Part shown: piece by piece, positions 48,440 through 58,739 of the stretch
Position numbering within the stretch: the stretch's first letter is position 1
Layout: each line of letters starts with the position of its first letter
Source of the DNA: Patescibacteria group bacterium
GTDB taxonomy: Bacteria; Patescibacteriota; Patescibacteriia; UBA10025; JAHIVO01
Length of the DNA stretch: 64,000 bases
Direction: 5' to 3'
Assembly: GCA_028718605.1 (NCBI GenBank)
Contig: JAQULM010000001.1
Coordinates: forward strand, 263,422 to 327,421
Program-made: the position numbers and the translations under genes
Notes under the pieces: generated by a model
What the model saw: only the letters and a program-made list of their open reading frames with translations
Database searches by the model: none
Told to the model about the DNA's origin: nothing

Positions 48440-49624
48440 TTATTTGAAAATTTTCGTAACAACGCCTGCGCCCACCGTCTTGCCGCCCTCGCGGATTGCA
48501 AACCGCTGCTGCTCTTCAAGCGCGACAGGCACAATGAGCTTAACTTTCAGCTTCACGGTATCGCCCGGCATGACCATCTCAGTGCCCTGTGGAAGCTCAA
48601 CCTCACCTGTCACATCCGTTGTGCGGATGTAGAACTGCGGCTTGTACCCCTTAAAGAATGGGGTATGGCGCCCGCCTTCTTCCTTTGTCAGGATATACAC
48701 CTCGACTTCAAACTCGGTATGCGGCGTGACTGATCCCGGTTTCGCGAGCACCTGGCCGCGCTCAACATCCTCTTTCTTGACGCCGCGGAGAAGCAGGCCG
48801 GCATTATCGCCTGCTCGACCTTCGTCGAGCTGCTTATTGAACATTTCGATCCCAGTGACAACAGTCTTGAACGTATCCTTCATGCCGACGATTTCAACTT
48901 CTTCGTTTAATTTCACGGTACCACGTTCAATTTTACCCGTTACCACAGTTCCCCGCCCTTCAATGGAGAAAATGTCTTCGACGGGCATTAAAAACGGCTT
49001 ATCGACTTCCCGCTTTGGCTCTGGGAAATATTCATCAGCGGATTTCATCAGTTCCATGATCGCTTCTTTCGCTTTTTCATCGCCTTCCAGGGCTTTCAAG
49101 GCAGAACCCTTGATAATGGGGGTCGTATCGCCAGGATATTCGTATTTCTTCAGAAGATCGCGTACTTCAACCTCAACAAGATCAATGAGCTCCTTGTCAT
49201 CAACCATGTCAACCTTATTCAGGAAAACGACAATCCGCGGAACTCCAACCTGATACGCCAGGAGGATGTGTTCACGCGTTTGTGGCATCGGGCCATCAGC
49301 CGCGGACACTACAAGTATGGCGCCGTCCATCTGGGCTGCACCGGTAATCATATTCTTTACATAATCGGCGTGCCCAGGGCAGTCAATGTGCGCGTAGTGG
49401 CGTTTTTCGGTCTCATACTCCACGTGCGCTGTGGCGATCGTGATGCCACGCTCCTTTTCCTCGGGGGCATTATCGATCTGGTCGACTGACTTCTGCTGCG
49501 CTGCGAAACCCTTTTCGCCGAGCACCTTCAATATTGCCGCGGTTAGGGTAGTTTTACCATGATCAACGTGACCAATGGTACCGATGTTTAGATGTGGCTT
49601 TGTTCGTTCAAACTTAGCAACCAT
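48440..49624 (-). CDS. tuf: Elongation factor Tu
   Basis: GHVDHGKTT and [15 protein letters not shown] motifs. Confidence 0.99.
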   Translation of the reverse strand: MVAKFERTKPHLNIGTIGHVDHGKTTLTAAILKVLGEKGFAAQQKSVDQIDNAPEEKERGITIATAHVEYETEKRHYAHIDCPGHADYVKNMITGAAQMDGAILVVSAADGPMPQTREHILLAYQVGVPRIVVFLNKVDMVDDKELIDLVEVEVRDLLKKYEYPGDTTPIIKGSALKALEGDEKAKEAIMELMKSADEYFPEPKREVDKPFLMPVEDIFSIEGRGTVVTGKIERGTVKLNEEVEIVGMKDTFKTVVTGIEMFNKQLDEGRAGDNAGLLLRGVKKEDVERGQVLAKPGSVTPHTEFEVEVYILTKEEGGRHTPFFKGYKPQFYIRTTDVTGEVELPQGTEMVMPGDTVKLKVKLIVPVALEEQQRFAIREGGKTVGAGVVTKIFK

Positions 49625-49732
49625 AGTGGTTATCTTCAGATTACTTAGTTATTAGAAAAAATCGTTAATTACAGGGTAATGAATTTTGACCGTAGTTGTC
49701 AATATATCCTCTGCTATGCAAAGGTAGTGTGC

Positions 49733-49761
49733 ATTATAACAATACTGGTACTTTTCCGCAA
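49733..49761 (-). promoter_or_regulatory. Internal tuf promoter
   Basis: TTGCGG-17-TATAAT with an extended -10 TG on the minus strand. Confidence 0.55.
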
Positions 49762-49880
49762 GATTTATAATCGATTCTGTTAAATCCCGCGCTCCTTCGT
49801 ATGAATATTTTAGCTAATTTTAGCTAAAAGTAAGATTTTAATAATTCATTTTCTCACTTATCCCCAAAAATGTGGATAGA

Positions 49881-50426
49881 CTACAGTATTTCAAAGGAAT
49901 CGACGAGTGTTTCGAGACATGTTCCCTGTCCCGACAAGCTATATGTTCTCCCCCCGCGGTTCAAGAGATAGAGACGTAATGGGGCATCTCCTCCCGCAAC
50001 AGTTCCTTCGATCATGATCCCGTCAACACCATCAATCTGTATGGGTGTTTCACGCAGTGCGCTGATTGATTGCCGCAGTTGAGCTGCCTTGCTTTCTTCA
50101 GTAACACGTATCGCCACGGTACCGCATGCATTTGAAAAAACTGTCGCTGGAATGTTTATACTGTCAGTGCCGGCATCTTGTCGGTCAATATCCCACTCAA
50201 TGCTCCGCCGCACCACGAATCCCTGCTCATGATCAGTGTACACGCCCCGTTCTTCAGGAATAGCTGACAGGGCCGAACTTCTCGAAACCATGACGGGTCC
50301 ATGGTCAGTGCCGTCATCACGTGACGTCAGCCAGAGGTAGTATACCGTCATCAGCATACTGACAACGAGAAGCAGAACGATACCACTCACGGCCTGCACC
50401 TTTTTTGTAGAACCGCCTTGGAACAT
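49881..50426 (-). CDS. Membrane-anchored hypothetical protein (PsbP-like) between fusA and tuf
   Basis: N-terminal TM, YTD..QGF...W motif, C-terminal LVDSFEIL. Confidence 0.7.
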   Translation of the reverse strand: MFQGGSTKKVQAVSGIVLLLVVSMLMTVYYLWLTSRDDGTDHGPVMVSRSSALSAIPEERGVYTDHEQGFVVRRSIEWDIDRQDAGTDSINIPATVFSNACGTVAIRVTEESKAAQLRQSISALRETPIQIDGVDGIMIEGTVAGGDAPLRLYLLNRGGRTYSLSGQGTCLETLVDSFEIL

Positions 50427-50444
50427 AGGACAGTCGGCGTGCTC

Positions 50445-52532
50445 TTACTTCTTTTTGTCGGTACCCTTCGGATTTAATATCTGTTCGGCAGCGTTCCTGG
50501 GCACCTCTTGGTATTTCGAGAATTCCATAGAATATGAAGCGCGTCCCTGTGACATGGATCTCAATTGGGTCGCGTATCCGAACATTTCCGCTAGGGGGAC
50601 TTCTGCATCGATTATCTTCATTATACCACGGTCCCGCATCTCGTTGATCGTTGCCCTCTTGGCATTCAAATCGCCGATGACGTCTCCCATATAATCTTCT
50701 GGGGTTACAGCCTCAACTTTCATGATCGGCTCAAGCAATATTGGATTTGCCCGGCGAACCGCTTCTTGCAATGCCAGCGATCCCGCAATTTTAAACGCTG
50801 CTTCGGATGAGTCAACGTCATGGTAGGATCCGTCCAATACGGTGAGTTTCAAATCAACGACTGGGTAATGGGCGAGGACACCGCGATCCATCGCTTCTTT
50901 CGCGCCTTTCTCTATCGGCGGTATGTACTCCTGCGGAATATTGCCGCCTTTCACGGCATTCTCAAACTCAAAACCCTTGCCGCGCTCGAGCGGCTCAACC
51001 CGGACAATGCAATGGCCATACTGCCCGCGGCCGCCAGACTGGCGGATGTATTTGCCTTCTGCTTCTGCGGTTTTCTTGATGGTTTCCTTGTAAGCTACTT
51101 GCGGCCGGCCGACATTTGCCTCAACTTTAAACTCACGCTTCATGCGATCGACAAGCACTTCCAAATGGAGTTCGCCCATGCCTGAAATAATGGTCTGATT
51201 GATCTCTTCGTCTGTTTTTACGCGGAACGTCGGGTCTTCACCGGAAAGCTTCGAAAGCGCCATGCCCATCCGCTCTTGGTCGACTTTCGTCTTTGGCTCG
51301 ATTGCGACCGAAATAACAGGTTCGGGGAAAGAAATCGATTCAAGGATGATCGGATGCAGCTCGTCGCTCAACGTATCACCCGTCGTCGTATCCTTAAGGC
51401 CGACAGCAGCGGCGATATCGCCAGCCGAAACTTCAGTCACGTCTTCACGATGGTTTGCGTGCATCCGGAGGATGCGGCCAATCCGCTCCTTGGTCCTCGT
51501 CCGTGCATTCAGAACATACGACCCTGCCTGCAACTTGCCGGAATATACGCGAAAAAAAGTCAGCGTACCGACAAATGGGTCAGTGGCAACTTTAAACGCC
51601 AGTGCAGCGAATGGTTCGCTGTCCGATGTTTTGCGCTCTTCAGTCTGCTGTGTCTTTGGATTCTCCCCCTTGACTGGCGGTACGTCGAGCGGTGACGGAA
51701 GATAATCAACAACAGCATCAAGCAAGAACTGGACACCCTTATTCTTCAAGGCTGAACCGACAAAAATCGGCATAATAGTCCGCTCGATAGTCGCTTTGCG
51801 GAGCACGCGCTTCAACTCATCAATCGAAATTTCCTGGCCTTCGAGGTACTTGTGCAATAATGCGTCATCCTGCTCGGCAATTTTTTCGATCAACGCACTC
51901 CGGTATTCTTCAACTTTTTCCTTCATGTCTTCCGGTACGGTTTCATCCTTCCACTCCTTGCCCATATCATCTATATAAATCCGCGCTTTGCGCTCAAAAA
52001 GGTCGATGATGCCTGTAAAATTGCTTTCTGCACCAATCGGAAGCTGTACCGGCACGGCATTCGGATTAAGGCGGCTTTTGATCGCCTCAACGTCAGCATA
52101 AAAATCAGCGCCCATCCGGTCCATTTTGTTGACGAAACCCATCAAGGGAACGCCAAATTTTTCTGCTTGGTGGAAGACGGTTTCTGATTGGGGCTCAACG
52201 CCAGCCACACCGTCAAAAACAATAAAACCGCCGTCAAGCACACGCAAACTGCGCTGCACCTCAACGGTAAAATCTATATGCCCTGGCGTATCAATAATAT
52301 TAATGCGATGTTCTTTCCAAAAACAGGTAGTGGCGGCGGAAGTTATTGTAATGCCGCGCTCTTTCTCCTGCTCCATCCAGTCCATTTCAGCTCCACCCTC
52401 ATGAACTTCGCCGATCTTGTGTTTCTTGCCAGTGTAGTACAGGATGCGCTCGGATACGGTTGTTTTACCCGCATCGATGTGGGCGATAATCCCAATATTT
52501 CTTGTTTTTCTTAGGTCAAACTCTGATGGCAT
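50445..52532 (-). CDS. fusA: Elongation factor G
   Basis: [14 protein letters not shown] and GMGELHL motifs. Confidence 0.99.
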   Translation of the reverse strand: MPSEFDLRKTRNIGIIAHIDAGKTTVSERILYYTGKKHKIGEVHEGGAEMDWMEQEKERGITITSAATTCFWKEHRINIIDTPGHIDFTVEVQRSLRVLDGGFIVFDGVAGVEPQSETVFHQAEKFGVPLMGFVNKMDRMGADFYADVEAIKSRLNPNAVPVQLPIGAESNFTGIIDLFERKARIYIDDMGKEWKDETVPEDMKEKVEEYRSALIEKIAEQDDALLHKYLEGQEISIDELKRVLRKATIERTIMPIFVGSALKNKGVQFLLDAVVDYLPSPLDVPPVKGENPKTQQTEERKTSDSEPFAALAFKVATDPFVGTLTFFRVYSGKLQAGSYVLNARTRTKERIGRILRMHANHREDVTEVSAGDIAAAVGLKDTTTGDTLSDELHPIILESISFPEPVISVAIEPKTKVDQERMGMALSKLSGEDPTFRVKTDEEINQTIISGMGELHLEVLVDRMKREFKVEANVGRPQVAYKETIKKTAEAEGKYIRQSGGRGQYGHCIVRVEPLERGKGFEFENAVKGGNIPQEYIPPIEKGAKEAMDRGVLAHYPVVDLKLTVLDGSYHDVDSSEAAFKIAGSLALQEAVRRANPILLEPIMKVEAVTPEDYMGDVIGDLNAKRATINEMRDRGIMKIIDAEVPLAEMFGYATQLRSMSQGRASYSMEFSKYQEVPRNAAEQILNPKGTDKKK

Positions 52533-52629
52533 GGTTTCTTGATGAGTTATTAGTAATTTGTAATCGGTAACCGGGAATTAATTCAATACGATTACACTGT
52601 TTATTCATTGCGGATCGCCTATTGCCCCC

Positions 52630-52694
52630 TTACGCGAAGTGGGCAAAGGCGCGGCCTGCCCGCCGGAGCTTAAGCAAAATGCGCGAAGGCGCGG
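52630..52694 (-). repeat. Synonymously recoded duplicate of the rpsG 3' end flanking a REP-like hairpin
   Basis: CGC GCC TTC GCG CAT TTT GCT TAA and CGC GCC TTT GCC CAC TTC GCG TAA both encode RAFAHFA*; 40-bp period. Confidence 0.85.
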
Positions 52695-53134
52695 TTTGCT
52701 TCCGCCATCCGATGCACATCATCGCGCTTTTTGATCGCCTCCCCCTGCTTGTCGGCAGCGTCCATTAATTCCTGCGCTAATTTTTCGGCCATCGGTTTCC
52801 CCTTGCGATGCCGCGAGGCACCGATGATCCATCGCATTGCGAGCGCAAGCTTGCGATCGCCTTTTACTTCGACGGGAACCTGGTAATTCGCACCGCCGAT
52901 GCGGCGGGATTTTACTTCGAGAAGCGGAGAAACATTCCTGATCGCCGCCGTGAATACGTCCAAGGGCGGTTTTTTCTTCTTTTCCGCGATGATATCAAAT
53001 GCGCCATAAACAACGCGCTGCGCGGTTGTCTTCTTGCCGCGGCTCATGATTTGGTTCATAAACCTTCCGAGTACTTCATCCCCAAACCTTGGATCAGCGG
53101 CGATGGTACGGCGTGGTGCTTGTTTGCCTCTCAT
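52670..53134 (-). CDS. rpsG: 30S ribosomal protein uS7
   Basis: RRIGGANYQVP and HRMAEANRAFAHF motifs. Confidence 0.98.
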   Translation of the reverse strand: MRGKQAPRRTIAADPRFGDEVLGRFMNQIMSRGKKTTAQRVVYGAFDIIAEKKKKPPLDVFTAAIRNVSPLLEVKSRRIGGANYQVPVEVKGDRKLALAMRWIIGASRHRKGKPMAEKLAQELMDAADKQGEAIKKRDDVHRMAEANRAFAHFA

Positions 53135-53137
53135 ATG

Positions 53138-53557
53138 TTATTTCTTTTCTTGTTTAGCTCCATAAAGACTCCTCCCCTGCTTCCGATCCGCAACCCCCTG
53201 CGTGTCGTATACGCCCCGTATGATATGGTACCGCACACCGGGCAAATCTTTGACACGTCCGCCCCGAATCAGGACAATCGAGTGCTCCTGGAGATTGTGG
53301 CCAATGCCGGGGATGTATGCTGTAACTTCCATGCCGTTTGACAGGCGGACACGCGCAATCTTGCGCAGTGCCGAGTTCGGCTTTTTGGGGGTAACTGTCG
53401 TGACCTTGACGCACACGCCCCGCTTAAACGGCGATCCTTTCGCTAAAATGGTACGCTGGCGTTTGATGGTATCAAGTACCGGGCGGAGGGCCGGGGTTTT
53501 TGACTTCGTTTTTGAAAACCTTCGCGGTTTACGGGCTAACTGGTTGATTGTTGGCAT
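53138..53557 (-). CDS. rpsL: 30S ribosomal protein uS12
   Basis: [10 protein letters not shown] and [12 protein letters not shown] motifs. Confidence 0.99.
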   Translation of the reverse strand: MPTINQLARKPRRFSKTKSKTPALRPVLDTIKRQRTILAKGSPFKRGVCVKVTTVTPKKPNSALRKIARVRLSNGMEVTAYIPGIGHNLQEHSIVLIRGGRVKDLPGVRYHIIRGVYDTQGVADRKQGRSLYGAKQEKK

Positions 53558-53653
53558 ACATGGCTTGTGTTTAAAGGGTATAATGAAATAAATTCCCTAG
53601 AAAAATTACGAAAATAAAAAAGTATCATATGACGATACCCGAGTTCTTGCACA

Positions 53654-53682
53654 ATCGTACCATGGCCTTTTTATACTGTCAA
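53654..53682 (-). promoter_or_regulatory. str operon promoter
   Basis: TTGACA-17-TACGAT preceded by TGG on the minus strand. Confidence 0.7.
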
Positions 53683-53699
53683 ATGCGGCCTCAACCATT

Positions 53700-54347
53700 T
53701 TAAAAAAAGAGCGGTACGCCAAACGCATTGCTCACGAGGCGGATCACGGGCTGGATAACATAGCCAAAAACATTGATTCCGGCAATCATCGACATAAAAA
53801 TAAACGCCAGGAGGATCATTGGGCCAGAGCGGTTAAGCATGTCTGAAATATGCGAGAACCGGCTGCCGAGCACCGCGCGCAGGATGTGAGAACCGTCAAG
53901 CGGGGGCAGGGGAATCAAATTGAAAATCATCAGTACACAATTGAACGTGACGAGTACGGCTAAAAAAATCACCAGGTAATTTGTAATAGCAAAAATCGGT
54001 AGCACCAGTTTCAGTAAAAGGCCGAAAAGTATAATTAACAGAAAATTTGAAAAAGGCCCCGCAAGCGCAACCAACGCCGGTCCGTACCGCTGCGTCCGTA
54101 AATTATACGGATTAAACGGCGCCGGCTTCCCCCAGCCAAATCCGACCAGCAGTATCGCGATCGTCCCCCATGTATCGAGGTGCGCCAGGGGGTTCAACGT
54201 CAGCCTCCCAGCGTATTCACCGGTACGATCGCCGAGAAGGCGGGCTGCGAGCACATGGGAAAACTCATGGATCGTAATAGAAATGACGAGCGCAATTAAA
54301 ATAGCGAAAAAAAGCAATGGTTCCTGGAATAACAGCTGAATGATCAT
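53700..54347 (-). CDS. Site-2 protease (M50) family protein
   Basis: HEFSH, AGPFSN and NLIPLPPLDG motifs; start placed at MIIQLL. Confidence 0.93.
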   Translation of the reverse strand: MIIQLLFQEPLLFFAILIALVISITIHEFSHVLAARLLGDRTGEYAGRLTLNPLAHLDTWGTIAILLVGFGWGKPAPFNPYNLRTQRYGPALVALAGPFSNFLLIILFGLLLKLVLPIFAITNYLVIFLAVLVTFNCVLMIFNLIPLPPLDGSHILRAVLGSRFSHISDMLNRSGPMILLAFIFMSMIAGINVFGYVIQPVIRLVSNAFGVPLFF

Positions 54348-54405
54348 AAGCTCTTGAAATGAAATAAAACGTATGGTACCGTTAAGTATACCAATATAAA
54401 TAATA

Positions 54406-54597
54406 ATGGCAACGAGAATGGCACGAACGTGTGATATATGCGGACGCGGTGCGCTCAACGCGAACAGCCGGAGCCACTCAAACATCCCGACAAAACGGCG
54501 GCAGCATTTAAACTTGCAACAAACCGCCTATAAGGGAAAAAGAGTAAAGGCCTGCGCGAGGTGCATCAAAAGCATGACGAAAAAGGGCACTAAGTAG
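54406..54597 (+). CDS. rpmB: 50S ribosomal protein bL28 (Zn type)
   Basis: CDICGR...RSHSN..TKR...NLQ...CARC. Confidence 0.95.
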   Translation: MATRMARTCDICGRGALNANSRSHSNIPTKRRQHLNLQQTAYKGKRVKACARCIKSMTKKGTK

Positions 54598-54627
54598 GAA
54601 GCTGCCGGTTGCACGCTGCGGTTATGA

Positions 54628-54661
54628 GCCTCTGTTTCCAAAAGGAAACGCGGTTTTTTTA
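54628..54661 (+). terminator. Terminator after rpmB
   Basis: GTTTCC-AAAA-GGAAAC stem followed by a T-tract. Confidence 0.65.
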
Positions 54662-55480
54662 TTATGCGCGCGCCTGACCAGACCGCAGCTGGCGCCTGCG
54701 GGCAATGTATGAACCTATGTATACGGCGAAAAAAATTGGCGTCATGACGACCATGAACGGAACGATGAATCCCGATTCCGGGACAAGCAGCCCGGTAATC
54801 AGCAGTGCGCACCCCTGCGCGAGCAAATGGACAATGGCGGATGATCCATTAAAATCCCGCAGAAGAACGAGTGTAAAAAGTGTCATGAACATAAAATCCC
54901 CCACCCCCAAGCTGATGACGCCCACAGTAACAGCTGGGTACAGGAACGTCGGCTGCGGCGCCGCAGTTGCGGTGGTCACGGCAGGGAGGACATGGCTTAC
55001 GAGAAAAAAATCATACGGAATCCAGAGTGCTGCGAGAATAAATAAGTAGATGGACTTAAGGTATTTCAGGCGAACCAGCAATGTTGCCGCACCGAGCGTT
55101 GCGATAATGATGACCCCATTTTGGATAAAAAAGTTTGGCGAGCGGATGAACCAATAAAACACCCCCACGGTTACAACAAGGCTTAATGAGACCGCAAAAA
55201 TATTCCGCTGCAGCCAGCGCATGAAAAAAAGAAACGCCGATTCAAAAAACAGCAACGCGAAAACAAGCTCCGCAATGTGTCGAATCCGCTGGACACCATC
55301 GTATGTCGCAATGATGTACCAGATAGTTGCCCCAAGGACTGCTGTTAATACCACGGCCTCCACGCTCGGTTTATTGGGCAGGCGCTGAGCGAGCACTTCT
55401 CGCGGCGGTACCGCACAGTAGTAAACAACCGATAGCAAGCCGCACCCGACGAACAGGATAGCTAAATAAATAAAGTCCAT
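54662..55480 (-). CDS. Presenilin/signal-peptide-peptidase-like GxGD intramembrane aspartyl protease
   Basis: About 9 TM segments; YD (WIPYDF), LGVGD and a PAL-like VPFM motif in the expected order. Confidence 0.65.
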   Translation of the reverse strand: MDFIYLAILFVGCGLLSVVYYCAVPPREVLAQRLPNKPSVEAVVLTAVLGATIWYIIATYDGVQRIRHIAELVFALLFFESAFLFFMRWLQRNIFAVSLSLVVTVGVFYWFIRSPNFFIQNGVIIIATLGAATLLVRLKYLKSIYLFILAALWIPYDFFLVSHVLPAVTTATAAPQPTFLYPAVTVGVISLGVGDFMFMTLFTLVLLRDFNGSSAIVHLLAQGCALLITGLLVPESGFIVPFMVVMTPIFFAVYIGSYIARRRQLRSGQARA

Positions 55481-55484
55481 ATAT

Positions 55485-56561
55485 TTATTTTTTGCCACGA
55501 TCAACCGCTGGCAACCGTTTCTTCAGGGCATCGACGAGCTCTGTGAGCGCTCGGGCCGTGCGTAGCGGCAAACCGATAGCCTGTAACGCACGTTGAGCCT
55601 CGGCATAGTAACGACGCGCGAGGGTGTACGCACGCCGGTGTCCTCCGCTCTGGATTATGAGCTCTTTTAGAAGGCGCACGTCTCGATTGCTTCTCTGCTT
55701 CTGCCGTAACAGGCGGAGGATGCGAGAACGATACCTGGGATTTTGAAGTGCAAACGAGATAAGCAAGGTAACTTTGCCGGTACGGACATCCGAGAGCTTT
55801 GCGGCATCGCGCGATCCGAAAACGTTCTGGATGTCATCGGTCAGCTGGAAAGCGAGGCCGAGGTTCCGCGCAAAAGCACGGAAAGAAGCAAGCGCGACAG
55901 TTGAGCCTGACGCCTGAACACCCAGAAGAAATGGCGCTTCAATCGTATAGAGGGCTGTTTTCAGTATGTACCGATACGTCTGCCCTGCAATTGTTGGCGG
56001 GCGGTGCGGTACGGCAAGGATATCAAGCATCTGGCCAAGGTACGTTGTTCGGAGGACACTCGCGAGGTACTCGAGCGCTTTGTGTTTCCTCTGCAACGGG
56101 AGAGACGTCTTGAAAATGAGCCGCTGAGCCAAGTCTGCCGCAAGGTCGCCGCCGATAATCGCACAATCAATACCGATTTTTTTCCGGCCCCGCGGATCCA
56201 TCCCTGCGGGCGCGAACGACTCGAGGTAAGAATGAAGCGTGGGTTTCCCGCGCCGGACCGTATCACCATCAATGATATCATCATGGATCAATAAGTATGA
56301 GTGGAGGACTTCGTACGCCGACGCAAGGTACAGCGCATCGCGGTCAATCCGCTTTCCGCCGCATGTATACCCATACAATACGAGCAAGCCGCGCGAACGT
56401 TCTGCGCCCGGCCGAAGGGTAAAGTTGGCAATGGCGCGGATGAGTGCGCGATCAAGCGGATGGCGAGACCGTGGCTTGATAGCTTCTGACCGAAAATAAG
56501 ACCGCAGGGTTGCCGTAATAAGGTTCCGCAATTGAACTGCAGACAATTCACTTCTCTTCAT
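55485..56561 (-). CDS. Polyprenyl (FPP/GGPP) synthetase
   Basis: LIHDDIIDGD..RRG, GQMLD, KTA.Y and FQLTDD motifs. Confidence 0.92.
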   Translation of the reverse strand: MKRSELSAVQLRNLITATLRSYFRSEAIKPRSRHPLDRALIRAIANFTLRPGAERSRGLLVLYGYTCGGKRIDRDALYLASAYEVLHSYLLIHDDIIDGDTVRRGKPTLHSYLESFAPAGMDPRGRKKIGIDCAIIGGDLAADLAQRLIFKTSLPLQRKHKALEYLASVLRTTYLGQMLDILAVPHRPPTIAGQTYRYILKTALYTIEAPFLLGVQASGSTVALASFRAFARNLGLAFQLTDDIQNVFGSRDAAKLSDVRTGKVTLLISFALQNPRYRSRILRLLRQKQRSNRDVRLLKELIIQSGGHRRAYTLARRYYAEAQRALQAIGLPLRTARALTELVDALKKRLPAVDRGKK

Positions 56562-56562
56562 G

Positions 56563-57252
56563 CTACGCACCAAAGTTACGTTTCCTTTTTAAATACTCAT
56601 CGACGGCACGGTCAAAGTCTTGCTCTGTAAAGTCTGGCCAAAGCGTCGGCGTGAAATAGTACTCGGCGTATGCGGATTGCCACGGCATGAATCCCGATGT
56701 GCGAACCTCGCCTGATGTCCGAATTACGAGATCAGGATCAGGAAGCTGCCGGGTATAGAGACGTTCGCTTACCATATGCTCATCGATATCTTCCGGTTTG
56801 ATGCCCTCGGACGCAATCTGCCGTAGAGCGTCTACCAATTCCATCCGGCCTCCGTAGTTCAGGGCGATAGTGCAAAGGCCACCCGTGTTTTGTGCCGAGG
56901 TCTCTACTGTTTTTTTAATGAGGCGCTGGATATCCTCCGGAAACTCACCGATCCGTCCGATAACATGAAACCGAATTCCTCGGTCGATATATTTCTGAAT
57001 TTCCTTGTCGAGTGCGAACCGTAAAATACTTATCAGCGCCGCCACTTCCCTTTCCGGGCGTTTCCAATTTTCAGTTGAGAATGCCCAGACGGTCAGCACG
57101 GGAATGCCACTATGGAAGCAGTGCTCGGTGATCCTCTTGAAGGCGCTATACCCCGCCCAATGCCCCTCGATCGGGTCTTTCCCTCGCTCACGCGCCCATC
57201 GGCGGTTGCCGTCCATAATTATCGCTACATGGTGTGGCTTTTTTTGGTGCAT
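56563..57252 (-). CDS. uppS: Undecaprenyl diphosphate synthase
   Basis: IIMDGNRRWA, FSTENWKRP and IRTSGE motifs. Confidence 0.97.
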   Translation of the reverse strand: MHQKKPHHVAIIMDGNRRWARERGKDPIEGHWAGYSAFKRITEHCFHSGIPVLTVWAFSTENWKRPEREVAALISILRFALDKEIQKYIDRGIRFHVIGRIGEFPEDIQRLIKKTVETSAQNTGGLCTIALNYGGRMELVDALRQIASEGIKPEDIDEHMVSERLYTRQLPDPDLVIRTSGEVRTSGFMPWQSAYAEYYFTPTLWPDFTEQDFDRAVDEYLKRKRNFGA

Positions 57253-57394
57253 AGGTATCCTCTATAGTATTACCCAAGCGGACGATGATGGCAACTCCTT
57301 CGCTTGTATAACCTTAAAAGCGGCCCTTTGAGTGCCGCTCTTAAGAATACGGAGGCGCGATATGCCGCCTCGATATATCCAGAAAAAATTCTAC

Positions 57395-57481
57395 TTATCT
57401 GCGTCGCTTTTTCGCGACTTTCCTTCGTTTCCGTACAACTTTCTTCTTCTTCCGGATGACTTTCTTCTTTTTCTTTGCCAT
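57395..57481 (-). CDS. 28-aa Lys/Arg-rich protamine/histone-H1-like peptide
   Basis: MAKKKKKVIRKKKKVVRKRRKVAKKRRR*; SD AAAGGAGGTGA; GC-rich hairpins downstream. Confidence 0.75.
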   Translation of the reverse strand: MAKKKKKVIRKKKKVVRKRRKVAKKRRR

Positions 57482-57658
57482 TGCTCCGTCACCTCCTTTC
57501 GAGGAATGATCAGAAACTAATGACTAATGTATATTGAAATATAAATGAAGAAGCAAATTTAAAAATATTCTTTACACCGTGCTGTATGCAAGAAGTATAG
57601 CACATTTTTTTACTTTATGCAATACGGATTTAAAAATTTTATACCGTATCGAAAAAAT

Positions 57659-58660
57659 TTATTGCAAGAATTCAATGATGCGTTTATTGAATGCATCAGC
57701 ACGCTCTTCCATCGGCAGGTGGCCGCTGTTTGAAAATACCGTCCACTCAGCATCCGGCAGTGACGCATGCAGCTGCTCGCCCGTTTCAACCGGAACGACT
57801 GCATCATTCGCCCCCCACACGACAAGCATCGGGGCCTGAATGCCGGAAAACGGTGAATCAACATGATTATGGGAGTTTTGAGATATCAAACGCACGAGCC
57901 CCCTATCCCATCCTGAAATCTTCGTGACCGCCATGTAACTTGAGAGGAGGTCGGGAGTGACGAAGCTCGAATCGGAATAAAATTTCGACATGCTTCCGCT
58001 AATGCGCTCCTCAGTCACGATGCGCCGAACCACGATCCGTCCCCACCGTTCAAGTGGCGGAAACCTCAGCACGCCTGCAAAGGTACTCCAGAAACCGCCG
58101 TCTGCCGGAAACCACCCATCGGCAATGACGATTTTATTTATTCTCTCGGGGTATTTCTGCGCGAAATGCGCCAGTACGTTCGCACCCATGCTGTGCACAA
58201 CGAACGACGCCGATGAGATGCCAATGCTGTCCATAACGTGTGCGACAAACTCCGCCTGTGCTGCGTGCGAATAGTCTTCTTTGTTTGATTTATCGCTGAG
58301 GTCAAACCCCTTCAGGTCAAATGCATACGCATGGAACCCGCCCTGCTCGAGCGCAGGGAGCGTGAAACGCCAGTTGAATGTCCCGCCGCCGAATCCATGG
58401 ATGAGAATAACCGGCTCCGCGTCCAGTCTCCCCGCCTCTTGTATAAATGTCCGTACGCCATCAACCGTAATAAACGAGCCGCCTGCAGGCGCAAGGGTAG
58501 TGGGGTCAACGAATTTGTCGTTCGAAAGCGGGATCAAGTACGAGGAAAATAACAGGAGAATAAGCACGACAACGGCGCCTATGAGTAGTCGCACCCACTT
58601 CTGGCGCCGGCGAACTTTGACCTGGCTGGCAAAGTCGTAATCTTCGAGTTCTTTTACCAT
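57659..58660 (-). CDS. Membrane-anchored alpha/beta hydrolase
   Basis: IHGFGG, VHSMG nucleophile elbow, WG.ND and GH motifs. Confidence 0.9.
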   Translation of the reverse strand: MVKELEDYDFASQVKVRRRQKWVRLLIGAVVVLILLLFSSYLIPLSNDKFVDPTTLAPAGGSFITVDGVRTFIQEAGRLDAEPVILIHGFGGGTFNWRFTLPALEQGGFHAYAFDLKGFDLSDKSNKEDYSHAAQAEFVAHVMDSIGISSASFVVHSMGANVLAHFAQKYPERINKIVIADGWFPADGGFWSTFAGVLRFPPLERWGRIVVRRIVTEERISGSMSKFYSDSSFVTPDLLSSYMAVTKISGWDRGLVRLISQNSHNHVDSPFSGIQAPMLVVWGANDAVVPVETGEQLHASLPDAEWTVFSNSGHLPMEERADAFNKRIIEFLQ

Positions 58661-58739
58661 CTGAGTTTTGCTGCAAATGTATCGAACACCGCCCTATTAC
58701 ACGCTCCTCTACCATCCCATTATACATCAGAAAAAATAT

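Noticed and set aside
49625-49880. Possible oriC (AT-rich, DnaA-like boxes)
   Set aside because: Only two imperfect boxes, no dnaA or dnaN nearby, and gene orientation does not switch here
37372-53557. Many long plus-strand ORFs opposite ribosomal and other core genes (e.g. 43769-44866, 48642-49253)
   Set aside because: Antisense shadows of well-supported minus-strand genes, with no recognisable motifs or start signals
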